The notes beneath the pieces were generated by a model. The model made no database searches, was not told the origin of the DNA, and saw nothing but the letters and a program-made list of their open reading frames with translations. Made by a program: the position numbers and the translations under genes. A stretch of DNA of 63,023 nucleotides, the filler included, from Reticulomyxa filosa (lineage: Eukaryota; Protista; Foraminifera), in the NCBI GenBank assembly GCA_000512085.1. It is 19 parts of 19 records of this genome, joined end to end, with 100 filler letters (N's around TTAATTAATTAA, not from the genome) between each part and the next. Parts side by side here need not be neighbours in the genome. Positions count along the whole stretch, not along the records: positions 48,845 to 50,742 come from ASPP01021965.1; positions 50,843 to 52,293 come from ASPP01018275.1; positions 52,394 to 54,888 come from ASPP01010125.1; positions 54,989 to 61,100 come from ASPP01027195.1; positions 61,201 to 63,023 come from ASPP01013326.1; 14 more parts are not named here. One strand, 5' to 3'. Below are positions 48,745 to 61,497 of the stretch, piece by piece; within the stretch, counting starts at the first letter, position 1; each line of letters begins with the position of its first letter.

Positions 48745-49917
48745 NNNNNNNNNNNNNNNNNNNNNNNNNNNNNNNNNNNNNNNNNNNNTTAATTAATTAA
48801 NNNNNNNNNNNNNNNNNNNNNNNNNNNNNNNNNNNNNNNNNNNNGTTTTAGGCGCTCAGTTTTCTTTGCAACCTACTGTATATTAGCGACTTTTCAGTAA
48901 AAAACATTAATTAAATCAAATAGGAATAGCATAACACAAAAAGAAACTAATAAGTTTTTAGTGAAAGAATTTCAAGACTCGCCAGTTATTTTATACAACC
49001 CTTTTGAAGCAAAACAAGAAAACGGCAATTCTTGATCATTGATTCAAATGTATGCTTGAATAGCACTAAATAAAATGTTTGCCTCCCCTAATGCTGATGA
49101 AATCCTATCACATTGGATTCTGCCGTTCTTTGGTTTATCAGAAAAACTTAAACGTGCGTTACACTTTTAATTTACTATTAAAGATTTAAATTAGAAAGTG
49201 ATTTAGTGATTTTCATCTAAACCCTTTCACTATGCATAACTTTAAATGCAATTTTTAAAAAATTGTTGTGATGTAATTTTGGAAATAGCCATCAATGAAT
49301 CTCCATTCATTCCAAGAAGACAAAATAAATAAGTAAACTTAAGTAGAGTTTTCCTTTCGGTTTTTAGGCTGAAGAAAAACTCCCTAATAAACTATCTTTT
49401 TACAAAAAAGACTAGCGCATTCTAAGAGCCATTCGGCGGCCTTTAGTAAAAAGCGAAAGATTAATTCATTTTGGATTAACCTGTGCAATCAATACTTAGA
49501 AAAATGATATGAAATTGCGCGGTCTTAAACGGACCCAAGCACCACCCGTTGCGTCTCTACAGTATTTTCTTTGCTTTCCATCGTAACCCTTATTGTCAAT
49601 TCAAATTTTCATTTCCAATGCAAACATTACATTTTTTTATGAAGAATAACCCCACGAGCTTTAAAATGTTGTATCACGTAGCAACATTGAAAATTTACCT
49701 AGCAAAAAGTAACTAAACCTTCATCTGTTTGATAAATGCTGTTTTGTATTGTTACTCTTAAAAGTTTCTGTCCTTTTTCGGATAAGTCTGTAAAAGTTAT
49801 CACAATGATTTTTTGGGACATTGAGATTTCAATTTTCCATCTGTTCCAATACTATCGGTCTTGTCCACGTGCTTGTGAAGATTGGCCGGCAACCAAAAAG
49901 GGAACCAAAAAAATACA

Positions 49918-50742
49918 ATGCAATCTTCTTCGTCCTTGTTGAATGCATATCGTGGAACCTCTCAGCATCTTGAATTCGACCCAAAGGCAGCAGAGAAAGC
50001 CCCATTGTTTTTGTTGTCAAATGGGATCTCGATGGAGCCTCCAGCAAACCAAGAAAACATTCCAATGTTCCACTCCAATGGGGTCGGCTTTTATTATCAA
50101 AACAACTTTGGCAACACTAACTACAACTCCTCCAAAGTGTTTGAAACAAGCAACATTGGGATGAACTTGGATACGAGCAACGCGAAGAGGCCATCCTTTG
50201 GCGACAATGGGAATAATATCAGTGGCAATATGAACAGCAATGCCAATAACAATAATAACGACCAATTGTTTCATATGAGCATACCATTTGTGGTGAGATC
50301 GTCGCAGCGAGAGACAAAGTCACGTGAGTTGACAGTAGACATTCAATCCCATCTCCAATCACAAACCCATGCGGTGTTGTCCATCACGATCACAGACGAA
50401 GTGAGTGTACGAATAGCTTTTTTTGTTGTTGCAAATTTTCACTTCAATTACATATGTCTGTCTCAAAAAAAAAAAAAAAAAAAAGAATGACCCCTTTTTG
50501 TTATATATGTTGACCGTGAGTGAAACGGAATTCCATCAACTAAAAACGGATCAAACGTTGCTTGTTGATTTCAATGGATTTCCGAAATCGCTGATCTATT
50601 TGTTGCAAGAATGTTTGAAATGCAAGCAAGATGAACATCCGAAGTTGATTGCATTTTATACTGCACGCAATGCATATACATATGTATGTATATATACATC
50701 TACGTATTTTTTTGTGAAAAAAAAAAAAGGTATGTTGCGGTG
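49918..50742 (+). CDS. SAS6: SAS-6 centriole cartwheel protein, N-terminal part
   Basis: LFHMSIPFVVR...VLSITITDE|NDPFLLYMLTVSETEFHQLKTDQTLLVDFNGFPKSLIYLLQEC matches the SAS-6 head (PISA) motif. Intron 50401-50485 is GT..AG. Confidence 0.9.
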
Positions 50743-51431
50743 NNNNNNNNNNNNNNNNNNNNNNNNNNNNNNNNNNNNNNNNNNNNTTAATTAATTAANN
50801 NNNNNNNNNNNNNNNNNNNNNNNNNNNNNNNNNNNNNNNNNNGTCACTTGTCCACGTGATACAGAAAAGATCGGCTATGATTATGCGCGCATAATGCCGA
50901 GAAAAATAATTGTTGCTTGATTAAACAAAATACAATAAGATATTTTACGAAATTTAACTTCATTAATAATGTCAATTCCTATACACACATCACCACTTTT
51001 TTTAGATATCAAGTTTAAATTAAAAAAATCGTACATTGCCATTTTTTTTTGGATAATTTGTGTCTTTGTTTTCAAGCCAAACTATCAAATTGTGTCTTAC
51101 TATTTGGGGTAATGTATGCTACATTATGGTTTAGCAAATACTAAAACTTTTGTGATACGTTAATTTTTAATTTGTAAATCTTCTATAAAAACCCACTCTG
51201 TAATAAACTTCTCGAACAGTTTTTGATATTTTTTACAAACTCAAACTACTTGCAAATATCAATTCATTCACAGTTACACATTCGACAATCAACGAAGCCC
51301 CTTTGTATGATAAAAGTTCAAAATTTTCTGCGAAATTGAACCTTAGTGAGGTTTGTCTTGTGCAAATTGATAGCCAAAGATTTTTGTTTAAAGACAATTT
51401 TCTGAATTCGCATACTAAAAAAAAAAGCGAT

Positions 51432-52175
51432 ATGGGGACAGGCTGCCTCTGTTCGAGTGGGCTTCATCCTCCAGAAAAGAGCCTGGAGAGAAAAGGGAGT
51501 TTGTCGTATGCAAAGCCCTCCCTTGTTTCACAGCCCTCAATCGCAACAGCAACACTAACATCAGCCTCGAATTTAAGCTCAATCTCAACATTAAACTCAA
51601 TTCCAGCCCTAATCCCAATTTCAATTTCAACATCAACTTTTGTAAGTAAAGCTAAAGATCGTCGCAAGAAGTTGTCCGTAGTCAAAGTGCAAGGAGCACT
51701 CAATCCAACACGCGAGCAATGGGACAAGCCTTTGTCGGAGGCGTGTATGAGAAGACCAAGTTGGAACGCAAAACAGGATCAGTTGTGGATTCTGCGTGCC
51801 AATTGTGAGAAAAAGATAGAGTGTTATGAGAAAAAGATAAGAATGGAGGCAGAAGCGTACAGCCGCATCGAGCAAATGAAACAGAGCCAATGCGGTTGTA
51901 TCGATTTCGTAGATAAACAGTATCACACACAATTGCTGAACAAGTATCACATATCGCTGCTCTTTTATCAAAACCTAATCGAACAAATTGACCCACTTCT
52001 TGTGTCCATCCGTCAATCTGCCTCCGAATCCGATCCTATTGTCGCAAAAAAGTATTACCACATCCTCGACACCATGCAGGCGCAAGATAAACAACAACGT
52101 CTGGAAGTCGCTGACAATGCACTTTTGGCAGACTTAAAAGAGACTATTGCCCAACAGTCCGATTTGGCAAAGTAA
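51432..52175 (+). CDS. Hypothetical helical protein with predicted dual N-acylation (MGTGCLCSS)
   Basis: Single exon. Gly2 plus Cys5/Cys7, a Ser-rich linker and a coiled-coil-like C-terminal half. Confidence 0.6.
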   Translation: MGTGCLCSSGLHPPEKSLERKGSLSYAKPSLVSQPSIATATLTSASNLSSISTLNSIPALIPISISTSTFVSKAKDRRKKLSVVKVQGALNPTREQWDKPLSEACMRRPSWNAKQDQLWILRANCEKKIECYEKKIRMEAEAYSRIEQMKQSQCGCIDFVDKQYHTQLLNKYHISLLFYQNLIEQIDPLLVSIRQSASESDPIVAKKYYHILDTMQAQDKQQRLEVADNALLADLKETIAQQSDLAK

Positions 52176-52393
52176 TTTTTTTTTTTTTTTTTAAATTTAT
52201 ATATATTTTTTTTTTTTTGTAAATTTGATAATTGTTTTTTTTTCCTTCCTTTTTTTTTTTTTTTTTTTTTGTTTTTTTTTTTTTTTTAAAAAANNNNNNN
52301 NNNNNNNNNNNNNNNNNNNNNNNNNNNNNNNNNNNNNTTAATTAATTAANNNNNNNNNNNNNNNNNNNNNNNNNNNNNNNNNNNNNNNNNNNN

Positions 52394-53900
52394 GAAGATG
52401 AAGATGAAGACGAAGAAAAAGAAAGCTTGACATTACCTGTAATCGAAACTGAGACGGATGCGAGCGATGCATATTATGGCAAAGGCAGTGGAAGCCACGT
52501 GACCACTCCTTCGAATAATGAGAAACGCTCGCTACTGAACAACCCTTTGGGCGAAGACCCGACCAACTCGCTGCGGAAGGAGAAAGTGAAACCGTGGTTT
52601 CTCAGCAATGGCACCATACAGTTTGTGGGCGGCAGCGCTGGCACCATGGGTACAGTTCCCAATGCGCCACGCACACATCATCAAAAAAAAAAGATTACAA
52701 GTTGCTCACGCAACAACGCAAAAACGAAGTCGTTGCCAAAGAATGGCTGCAAAAAAAACAACTCGAACGAGACGAATTGCAAAAAGTCACTGGAGAGGTT
52801 TGTTTATTTGTTTGCTTGTATCTTTTTTTTTTGGAAAAAAAATCAACAATTTGTCATAGCTACGTATAATTTTGAAACACACAATATTACAACATATGTC
52901 CATTGCCATTTGTAGTACATGTTTTTTGTTTTTTTTATGTGTCTGGTGGCCAGAAATTGATTCCATTAGAGGAAGTGAAAATTGATTGGGGCCCCATGGT
53001 GTTTGATTCTTGCTTGGACATGCTGTTAGTACTGGATGAATATTGGCAAGGCAGACTGCTGATCATTGAGGAAATTTTAATCAGCTGTGTGATAGTGCCA
53101 TCACAGATGACATTTATTATGTGAAAATGTGCAGGTTGCTGTACGCACTTGGATATCAGTTCTTTGATCCGAGATCATTAGTTATCAATGGCTTACGTGA
53201 TGAAATGGGTCGATTGGCAGCCCACAATCCAGACAGATTCGTACGATTCGCGCCCTATTTTCTGCAAGAACTTTATCCGCTTTTCTCAAGTTTTTCTTTC
53301 TTTTTTTTAAAAAAAAACTTTGCAAAGAAAGACAAAAGCAGAAACACATTTTTATTCGTTTTTGTCGACACGATCACCAAATCATTGATAACAAAAAAAT
53401 ATTTTGTGCATGTTAGTACGTATTGAGGTTATGAGAGAAGCAGCAACAGCATTGGCACAGAGAATTGTCGATGTCTGTTTGGATGCTGATCTTAAAAACA
53501 TCATGAACTTTTTTATACTGTTATGGATGGGCTTACTTATAAACACGCTTTAACAAGAACCGTTTGTGCTCTTTTCTTTGGAATATTCCTACGAAAAATT
53601 CCTTGTTTAGAAGTTAATTATTAATCATTACATTCTAGTGGACAAGAGAAAAAAAGTGCATCCTTTATAACACCTATTGCAAATATGTTTTTTTTAAAAA
53701 TAGAAACCGTCTGTCCTTCCTGAAAATGAAAAGCTTTTAAATGATATTGACATTAGCATTCGGAGAGCGGTTACAGGTGCCACAGCAGAGACCAGAAATA
53801 ATGGATATCAGGCCTTATTGATTTACGAGAGAATTGCACCTACAAGAGCAAAAGATATTATCTCCAAAATGTCGACAGCAGTCAAACGTAAATATGATCG
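52394..53900 (+). CDS. Multi-exon hypothetical protein, partial
   Basis: Exon-like blocks (YKLLTQQRKNEVV..., KLIPLEEVKIDWGP..., LLYALGYQFFDPR..., VMREAATALAQR...) separated by GT-AG introns. Family not recognised. Confidence 0.5.
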
Positions 53901-54989
53901 TATTAAAAGACCTTTGAGCAGCTCCTAAAAAATTTTCGATCCCGTGGTTGTTGTACAGTCTATTCAAATGAACAACTGTTTTGAATTTTTTTGCTTTTTT
54001 TTTTTTTTTACTCGAAACGCAACTCCAAAATTTCTTAAAATCCTCAGAATATCTGTTTTTGTTTGGACGAGGGAAATATAAATTCAATATAATGTCCAAT
54101 ATTGAAACACGTTTTTTTAAAAATACATCAACACATTCTTTCAACTACTTCAAATTTTGTTTAAATTCAAGTGACAGTGAAGAGAAACGAAATATAATAC
54201 AAAAGGAAATTTATTCAACAAAAGACAAAATTAATAAAAATAAGTATAATTTATGTTAAGATATGTACTTTTGTCATCATTACGTTTGGCTCTCCAAGTA
54301 TCACGCGGTCTTTGGTTATATCCTTTTCATCCACACATGATCCAAAAAAAATGCTTTACCGTCATCAAATGTTGTAGACTGTTCGCATTCAAGATTTTCA
54401 TAAACTTCATCCAATCCGTAAGCATCATCAAAAAAAGTTACTATTAAAAATTTCAACATATCAAAATTTTTTTTTTGAATATACGTATAATAAAAACGTT
54501 TTCGTTTGCACGCGCAAAAAAAACAAAAAACTTAGAATCAAGTTTCTTTATAAAATGTATTTAATTTCTTGGTAGTGCGAATCCACCTTTCAAATTGGTG
54601 GAAATGTATTTCAACTTGACAACAAAATCTTCACCAACATTAGTGCAAATTCGCAAATGTGAGAAATGGCTTTGTCATGACAAGCAATCCCTTTTCGTCA
54701 ATGTGGATCGAATATCGGACATAAACAACATCGATTTATATAATTATTTCATATGCGTCTTTTTTTTTTTATCGGCTTGCAGATTGTTGCAATGCAACTG
54801 GTTCATCGAAACATAAATATAGGTTCAATCACTTGTTTGCAATGCACAATCTTACTCTTTGGCTATTCTGTTATGTCCAGTATTCAATNNNNNNNNNNNN
54901 NNNNNNNNNNNNNNNNNNNNNNNNNNNNNNNNTTAATTAATTAANNNNNNNNNNNNNNNNNNNNNNNNNNNNNNNNNNNNNNNNNNNNG

Positions 54990-56394
54990 GAATGAAAAAT
55001 AGGTACGAAAAGAAAGTGTGATGGAACTGCGACGTATACTCGCATCAACAGTGAACGACGAGGTGTTATTATCACTGTTGAAGCAAAAGCTGGTGCGATT
55101 GATGGTAGTGTTTGAGTTGTGTTACGACAAGGACGATAGCGTGCGTAACGCAGTGAGGACGTTTGTGAATTGGTTAGTGCCAAAGTTGAGTAAGTTGAAG
55201 AGCGCAGAGTTGTTGTGTCCATTTTGGGAAGTGATAATCGCGCACATTTGCGTGGGACTGACGCACACGAGTCACTCGACGCGCATCAACGCATTGAAGA
55301 TCACGCGTCTGTTATTGTCATTGTCGAGACACGTAGCATCGCAGTTTGGCGACAAAGAAGCATTGCGTCTGTTGTCACACCTGACATTATTTTTCAATGA
55401 TTTGAGCAAGTCGGGCGCCTTAACAGATGTGACGAATACCAAAGAGGTGATGTACGTACTGAATATTCTATGCGATTGCTGCACTTATTTGATTCGTTCG
55501 CTATTCCAAGCTTTGGTCCATTCGTCGGGATGGTCCGATGACATGTTGCATCGCTTGTTGTTACCTGTCGTCTTATTCGACTCACGAGATGCAATCGATG
55601 CACGTAATGCAATCGATGCACGTAATGCAATCGATGCACGTAATGCAAACAATGCATCGACGACGACGACGACCACCGGTAAAGGCAAAGTCAAAGTCAA
55701 AGTCACTGGTCGCGCTGGCACTGGCGTTGGCGTGCCGCTGTACGAATTCTATTCGCTCACTGCCGATATCGTGTCCGCCTGCGTCGAACTGCTTCGTCTG
55801 CTGTCCGGATGCTGTCACAATGTCTTGGTCCTCTGCGATCTCGCCTGTCAGGCCTTACTCTATCTCGAACGCAATGGCTTCAAACACAACAATGTCGCTG
55901 CCATCAATTGGACACATACCATTCACAAAGTCTTTGATATGTTCCCCGTCCAAGTCACCGCTGCCAATGTTTTTACTATTAGAGACAAGCGCAGACATGC
56001 TTTGAAAGATAAGTTGGATGACGACCATGAACATGAACATGATGACCATGAACGTGATGACCATGAACATGAATCTGATATGGATGTTGATACTATCCAA
56101 GATCAACATGACAAGACAGACGATGGCGAACGAGAATCCATCGCTCAATTAAATATCGACCTTATCAAAACTTGCGTTCGCATGATTCACATTCGAAACT
56201 CCAAAGACAAAAATCTACGCTGGCTGGACTGGCTGGTCGCCGCTTTGCAGAGAATGCAACAGGAGAAAAAACACAATGCCATGTCCCCAAAGACCATCGC
56301 CGCTATTTTGCAACTCATTTCTCCTTTAATTCAAACTCTTTCTTGGACACAATGCGAGGCTTTGCTGAAAGAAGTCCAACTCTTAGCTTCGTGA
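54990..56394 (+). CDS. TEX10/Ipi1 (rixosome, pre-rRNA processing) homolog, partial
   Basis: DKDDSVRNAV and PFWEVIIAHICVGLTHTSHSTRINALKITRLLL resemble the Ipi1_N region (DKDANVR; PFFPLVSAHLSSAMTHI). Confidence 0.75.
55588..55647 (+). repeat. 18-bp in-frame coding tandem repeat (DARNAI, about 3 copies)
   Basis: ATGCAATCGATGCACGTA units repeated. Confidence 0.9.
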
Positions 56395-56862
56395 TTTATC
56401 TCGGCTTTGCTGCTTATTTCCAACAAACTCATTGTCAGAAAATATGTTGTTTCAAAGTGTAATTTGCTTGTAGGGTTGGTGAAGTTATTTGTGATGATTT
56501 AAACTGGATCATGTTCGTTTCTCTTCTTCTTCTGCAAAATTACTTGTACCATTTTCATCCATTTTATTATCCTTTGCGATTTTTCTCAGATAGAGCAGCA
56601 CTTCAAATACTCCAATTCAAAAAAGTATTTACTTTTTCAATATATGTTAATTGCTTTTCGTTTAATTTGCTCGTTTAATCACAAAATTAATTGCAAATTC
56701 CTTCCTTTGAAATTATTTTTGGTTCACAGTTTTTGACCAAGTCTCTTTTACAACAGGAACCTCCGTTCTTAAAAAAAAAAAAAAAGGCACTGCTATTTTT
56801 GGAAATATTGGTGTGATCGTTCCTATTTTTTTTTTTGTACTTTATTTGCGTTTAAATAAAAA

Positions 56863-57276
56863 ATGACAAGTCAAGTGACCCTTCAAATTCCAAATTATAT
56901 CCATTTGTGCTGTTGTTGGTCGCGACATAGTAACTTTTTGTGTGTTTGGGATTTTAGGAGGAAACCAGCGTGATGTGGACCGCCAAAGAGCACAGAAACG
57001 TGCACAGAAAAATGGTGCAGCTCAGAAAAGAAAACAAGGTGGCGACGGTCCCTCCCTGAAAGCCAAACAAGAATCGTATGTGAATAAATTGTCTTGAAAC
57101 AATTTTTGAGTTACTTACTATAAAAAAAAAACACTATTGTTGTGAAACTGTTGTGTTTTTGCTTTAGCGACGCCCAAATCATGAGAAACAAACAAGCAGC
57201 AGCTCAAACGAAAAAAGAGACACAAGGTGCTTCTCAAGATAAAAAACAAAAAAATACGAAGAACCCAAGCAAATAA
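56863..57276 (+). CDS. SERF: SERF/4F5 small EDRK-rich factor, 3 exons (absent from the ORF track)
   Basis: Exons 56863-56869, 56958-57075 and 57168-57276 splice via GT-AG to MTRGNQRDVDRQRAQKRAQKNG...KQESDAQIMRNKQAAAQTKK...*. Confidence 0.9.
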
Positions 57277-57848
57277 GAGTTCACTAAAAAAAAAGCGGGG
57301 GGGGAAAGGGGCTTGTTCAACTTTTTGGTGCCTCTTTCAAACTTTTATTTTTGTGTTTGCTTCCCTTGCAATAAGCAAAAAAAACAATGTCAGAGGAAGT
57401 GAGGCCTCAAAGAATCTGAAATTGACGCATTGTCTCAAAGACATTTTCTTTTTTTTTTATATTAGACAAACGGAAAAAAACTCACTTTTTGTGGCGGTGT
57501 TCACTCCAAAAGCTTCTTTGTTAAGTCGAGCAGTAAGAACAAACCAAACTTGTTGTTCACATAGCAAGAGACCAATTTATGTTTTGGAAAAATTTTAGAT
57601 TTTTTTTTTAAAATTAAGGTGATAAAAAAGTTCATTTGTTTGTATTTTCACGATTCTTCGCTATCCTTTCTTTTAGTGTTACATATTAAAATTTTGTCGA
57701 GCTTCTAGATCTGCAAACAATATCAAAGCAACGTATCTTATAAATTTGCATTAATAAAAAAATGCTTAACAATAATTAAAAAATGAAGTAAAAATATATT
57801 GATTCAAATAAATTAAAACAAATACTTATTTATTTCATTTATATATGA

Positions 57849-59060
57849 TTATCCCCAAACACGAATATTACCTCCGTATGAGCCAAAATACAACTTTAAT
57901 CTTGTTTGAGCATTATTATCTTTCTTTTTTAATAACACAAATTTAAGACAGAATATTCCAACATCTTCTGTATCACCAGTGATCATATGCAATTGATTTT
58001 TATTTGATCGAATATCCCAAAATCGAATTGTATTATCCCATGATCCAGAACATATTACATTTGAATAACAATTAATTTCATCATTGTTTACCATAAAAGG
58101 TGAATATTCAACAACACTTACAACATTTAAATGTTTATTGAATATTTGAATTTGTCGACCAGATCGAATATCCCACAAACGAATACTGTTATCATCTGAT
58201 CCAGATAATATTGTATTAACTAATTCATTTGATCCATATTTTACACTCTTTACAGAAAATCTATGTCCATCAAATATCATAAATTGTTTATTTGTTTCAA
58301 TATCCCACATTCGAATTGTTGTATCATATGATCCAGAACAAATAGTATATCCATTACCACCAATTACACCAATATTATTATTATTATTACTTTGTAATGG
58401 TGAAATATTAACACAATCAACATTGCCTTTATGTCCATTAAAAACATGTGATGATTTATATGTTTCAACATCCCATAAACGAATATTTTCACCAGATGCA
58501 GAACATAAATATCGACCACCACTAAATGATGAAAATTCAATATTACCAGTTCGTTCATTTAGTATTTGTAATTGTTGGTTATCTTTTACATCCCAAAAAA
58601 TGATAGTATTATCCCATGATGAAGAACAAATAACAATACGATTATTGTTATGATAATGATATTGTGAAAATTTTACATATGTATAATCTGAATGTCTATG
58701 GAAAGATTCAATTTGTTTGTTATTTTCAATATTCCATACACAAACAATTCCATTTTCTGATCCAGAACAAAGTAATTCATTATTGTCGAATGTTGAATAA
58801 TCAATACTCATTACAGCAGGTTTATGTCCAGTTAATGTTTTAAGTAATTTCGATGATAAACAAAATGTATCAATCATTAATAATTTAGCTGCCTGTATTA
58901 TATATAAAATATTTATTAATGAATAACAAATAAAAATAAAAACAAAAAAACATAACATAATTGGCAATAAATTTGTCAAATTCCTGAATCCATCCTAATT
59001 TAATATTTGATTTTCGAATCCAATATTTAATAATTATTCTAATTTCTGCTTCTTCTTTGG
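57849..59060 (-). CDS. WD40-repeat protein of an expanded lineage-specific family
   Basis: About seven GH...WD repeats (SGSYDTTIRMWD, SGSDDNSIRLWD, SGSWDNTIRFWD). Upstream exon reads IRIIIKYWIRKSNIKLGWIQEFDKFIANY. Confidence 0.9.
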
Positions 59061-59649
59061 ATAGATTTGTCTTACATCACACATATAATCAAATCTAAAA
59101 AACAATTAGCTTTGCAGAAAGGTTAGTTCAAAGGAAACTTACCACTTGTTGTCTTGTTGTAAATACTTTATTAATGATAGAATTGCCCATTTTTGCAAGT
59201 TATACTGGTTTTTCTTTTATATGACGATGATATGTGATAATGATGTAAGAAAAACTTGGGTTTTCCTTTTATTTGAAGGAACTTCTCAAAACTCTTTAGC
59301 AATACTCAGACTAAAATTTTTGTTATATTTTATATGTTTTCTTTTATGCAAATCAAAAGAATTTTTTTTTTGCATATAATTGAACAATTTACTATTACTT
59401 AAAAATTATAATTATTTTACAAAATATTTATGCATCTTTTGTTAAAATATGGAATTAACTGGTAATATACATACCTTACTTAATCCAAACAATTATTACA
59501 AACACGTTCAATCATTTTCTCACCTAACATAAACTAAGATAGCTTAAAAAAAAGTAAGTGAACAATGATTCATAGCAATGAAAAACAAACTTTAATACAA
59601 TCATTAGTAAGTTTATTTCAATCTTTCAGAAAGAAAGTTGTTATCAAAT

Positions 59650-59915
59650 GAATTAGTTGATACAATATTATCCGAATCAGAAGATAAAAGTTTTTGTTTA
59701 TGGGAATAGTAATGAAATTGGTGTGGATCATTAGATAGTAAAATTCGATTTTGGGATATTTGATAAATAAGAATGAATTATATGTTACCAAAGGAGATGA
59801 TAAAGATGGCGAAATATATTGTCAAATTTCTGTAATTAAAGAATATCAACAGAAATAATGATTTTGTTAGTTTGTGCTATGGTTTATTGAAAGGTACTAT
59901 TCACATTTAGGACGA
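59650..59915 (+). pseudogene. Degenerate WD40 family C-terminal remnant
   Basis: NELVDTILSESEDKSFCLWE...CGSLDSKIRFWDI**, similar to the 3' part of 57849-59060 but with stops and deletions. Confidence 0.6.
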
Positions 59916-60575
59916 TATATTTTTTACTAACAAAAATTTTTGAATGACTTAATTTTCCTTTTGAGCTGTTGTTGTCTCGTCTGATGATATTACAATTGAA
60001 TTATCTTTAACAAATGAAATAATTCAAAACTTTGATTATTCACATTTGTATAAACATTAAATGGTATATAAAAAATTCTCGTCGACTCCAAAAAAGTTTT
60101 TTCAAAAGGAAAAACAGTGCCTTCTTTTCTAGTGAAGAAGCAAAAATACTGTAATTGAAAAAAAAATAATATCAGGATGAAATTAAATATTTCCTAGCTT
60201 TTAATGTGTTCAATTGTCTTATTTTAATCTATCTTAAATTTAATCATAAATATAATTCCCCAATACAAATTGTGTTTTGTTATTCATTTTAAACAAATAA
60301 AAATTTTTACTTTTATCCATTTAGTTTTATCATAAAAATTTAATACAATTGAAACATTTATACTTGTAATCCGACTCAAACGTCCATTCAAATCAAAAAT
60401 AAATTGAAAAAATTATGTCTTATTGTTGCGATGTTTTAGTATTCTACAAAATGAAACACTTATTCCCCATTACAAGATTGTACTAGTTAAGTAAAACAAA
60501 TTTAGTTCAATTTTTAATTAATCTTTCGTTGCATCATCAAAGATCAGATCATATCAAGAAAACAAAGTTAAAATA

Positions 60576-61100
60576 ATGGATGCAAGCTTCTCAATAAAAG
60601 TTTCGTTTAAGTTGTATTGTTATTTATTGCTTTTATCATTTTGCTTTATGATTGAAACAGTTAAGCGAAGAAGAGACAAAATAATTATTCAGCATTGGAT
60701 TCGAATTTTATACATTAAATTAGGATGGATTAAAGATTTTGACAAACTTGTTGCCAATTATGTTAGTTCATTTGTTTTTTTTCACTTAATGTAAATCAAA
60801 ATATTACAATATTTATTTGACATAGGTATCTACTGTCTTCATGCTTGACACATTTCGTTCATCATCCAAATTACTCAATACATTCACTGGACATAACAGC
60901 CAGGTGAATAGTATTGATTATTCGACATTTGATGGTAATCAATTCATTTGTTCTGGATCATGCGATGAAACAGTTCGCGTATGGGATATTGATAACAACG
61001 AACAAATTCGATTATTTAATGAACATTCAGATTATGTGTACTTTGTGAAATTTTCGCAATATCATTATCATAATCATCGTCAAAATGTCATTTGTTCTTC
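60576..61100 (+). CDS. WD40-repeat family protein, N-terminal part
   Basis: IIIQHWIRILYIKLGWIKDFDKLVANY, an intron, then MLDTFRSSSKLLNTFTGH...ICSGSCDETVRVWD. Confidence 0.88.
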
Positions 61101-61497
61101 NNNNNNNNNNNNNNNNNNNNNNNNNNNNNNNNNNNNNNNNNNNNTTAATTAATTAANNNNNNNNNNNNNNNNNNNNNNNNNNNNNNNNNNNNNNNNNNNN
61201 TTTGTTTGTTTGTCTGTTTTTATTTTTTTCACAGAGAGACCTCTGATCAAAAACAAAACAAAAAAATATTTGGGTATATACATACATGAATGCTGGTTCT
61301 TTTTTTTTTTTTTCTCCCCCTTTTTTTAAAAGAAACAAATTACGTATAACCAAAAAAAAAAAAAAAAAGCATTTTGATCCCGGTACATATTTAAAAAAAA
61401 ATTCCGACTTTCCTTTTTTCGATCCCTTTAAATGACCGGTTGTTAGGCATACGTTGATTAAAATAACAAAAACAACAACAACAACAAAAAAAAAAAG

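Noticed and set aside
10696-61200. Recurring TTAATTAATTAA flanked by Ns, superficially a repeat or CRISPR-like array
   Set aside because: It is an artificial six-frame-stop linker joining contigs. ORFs ending in X...N/LIN are artefacts of it.
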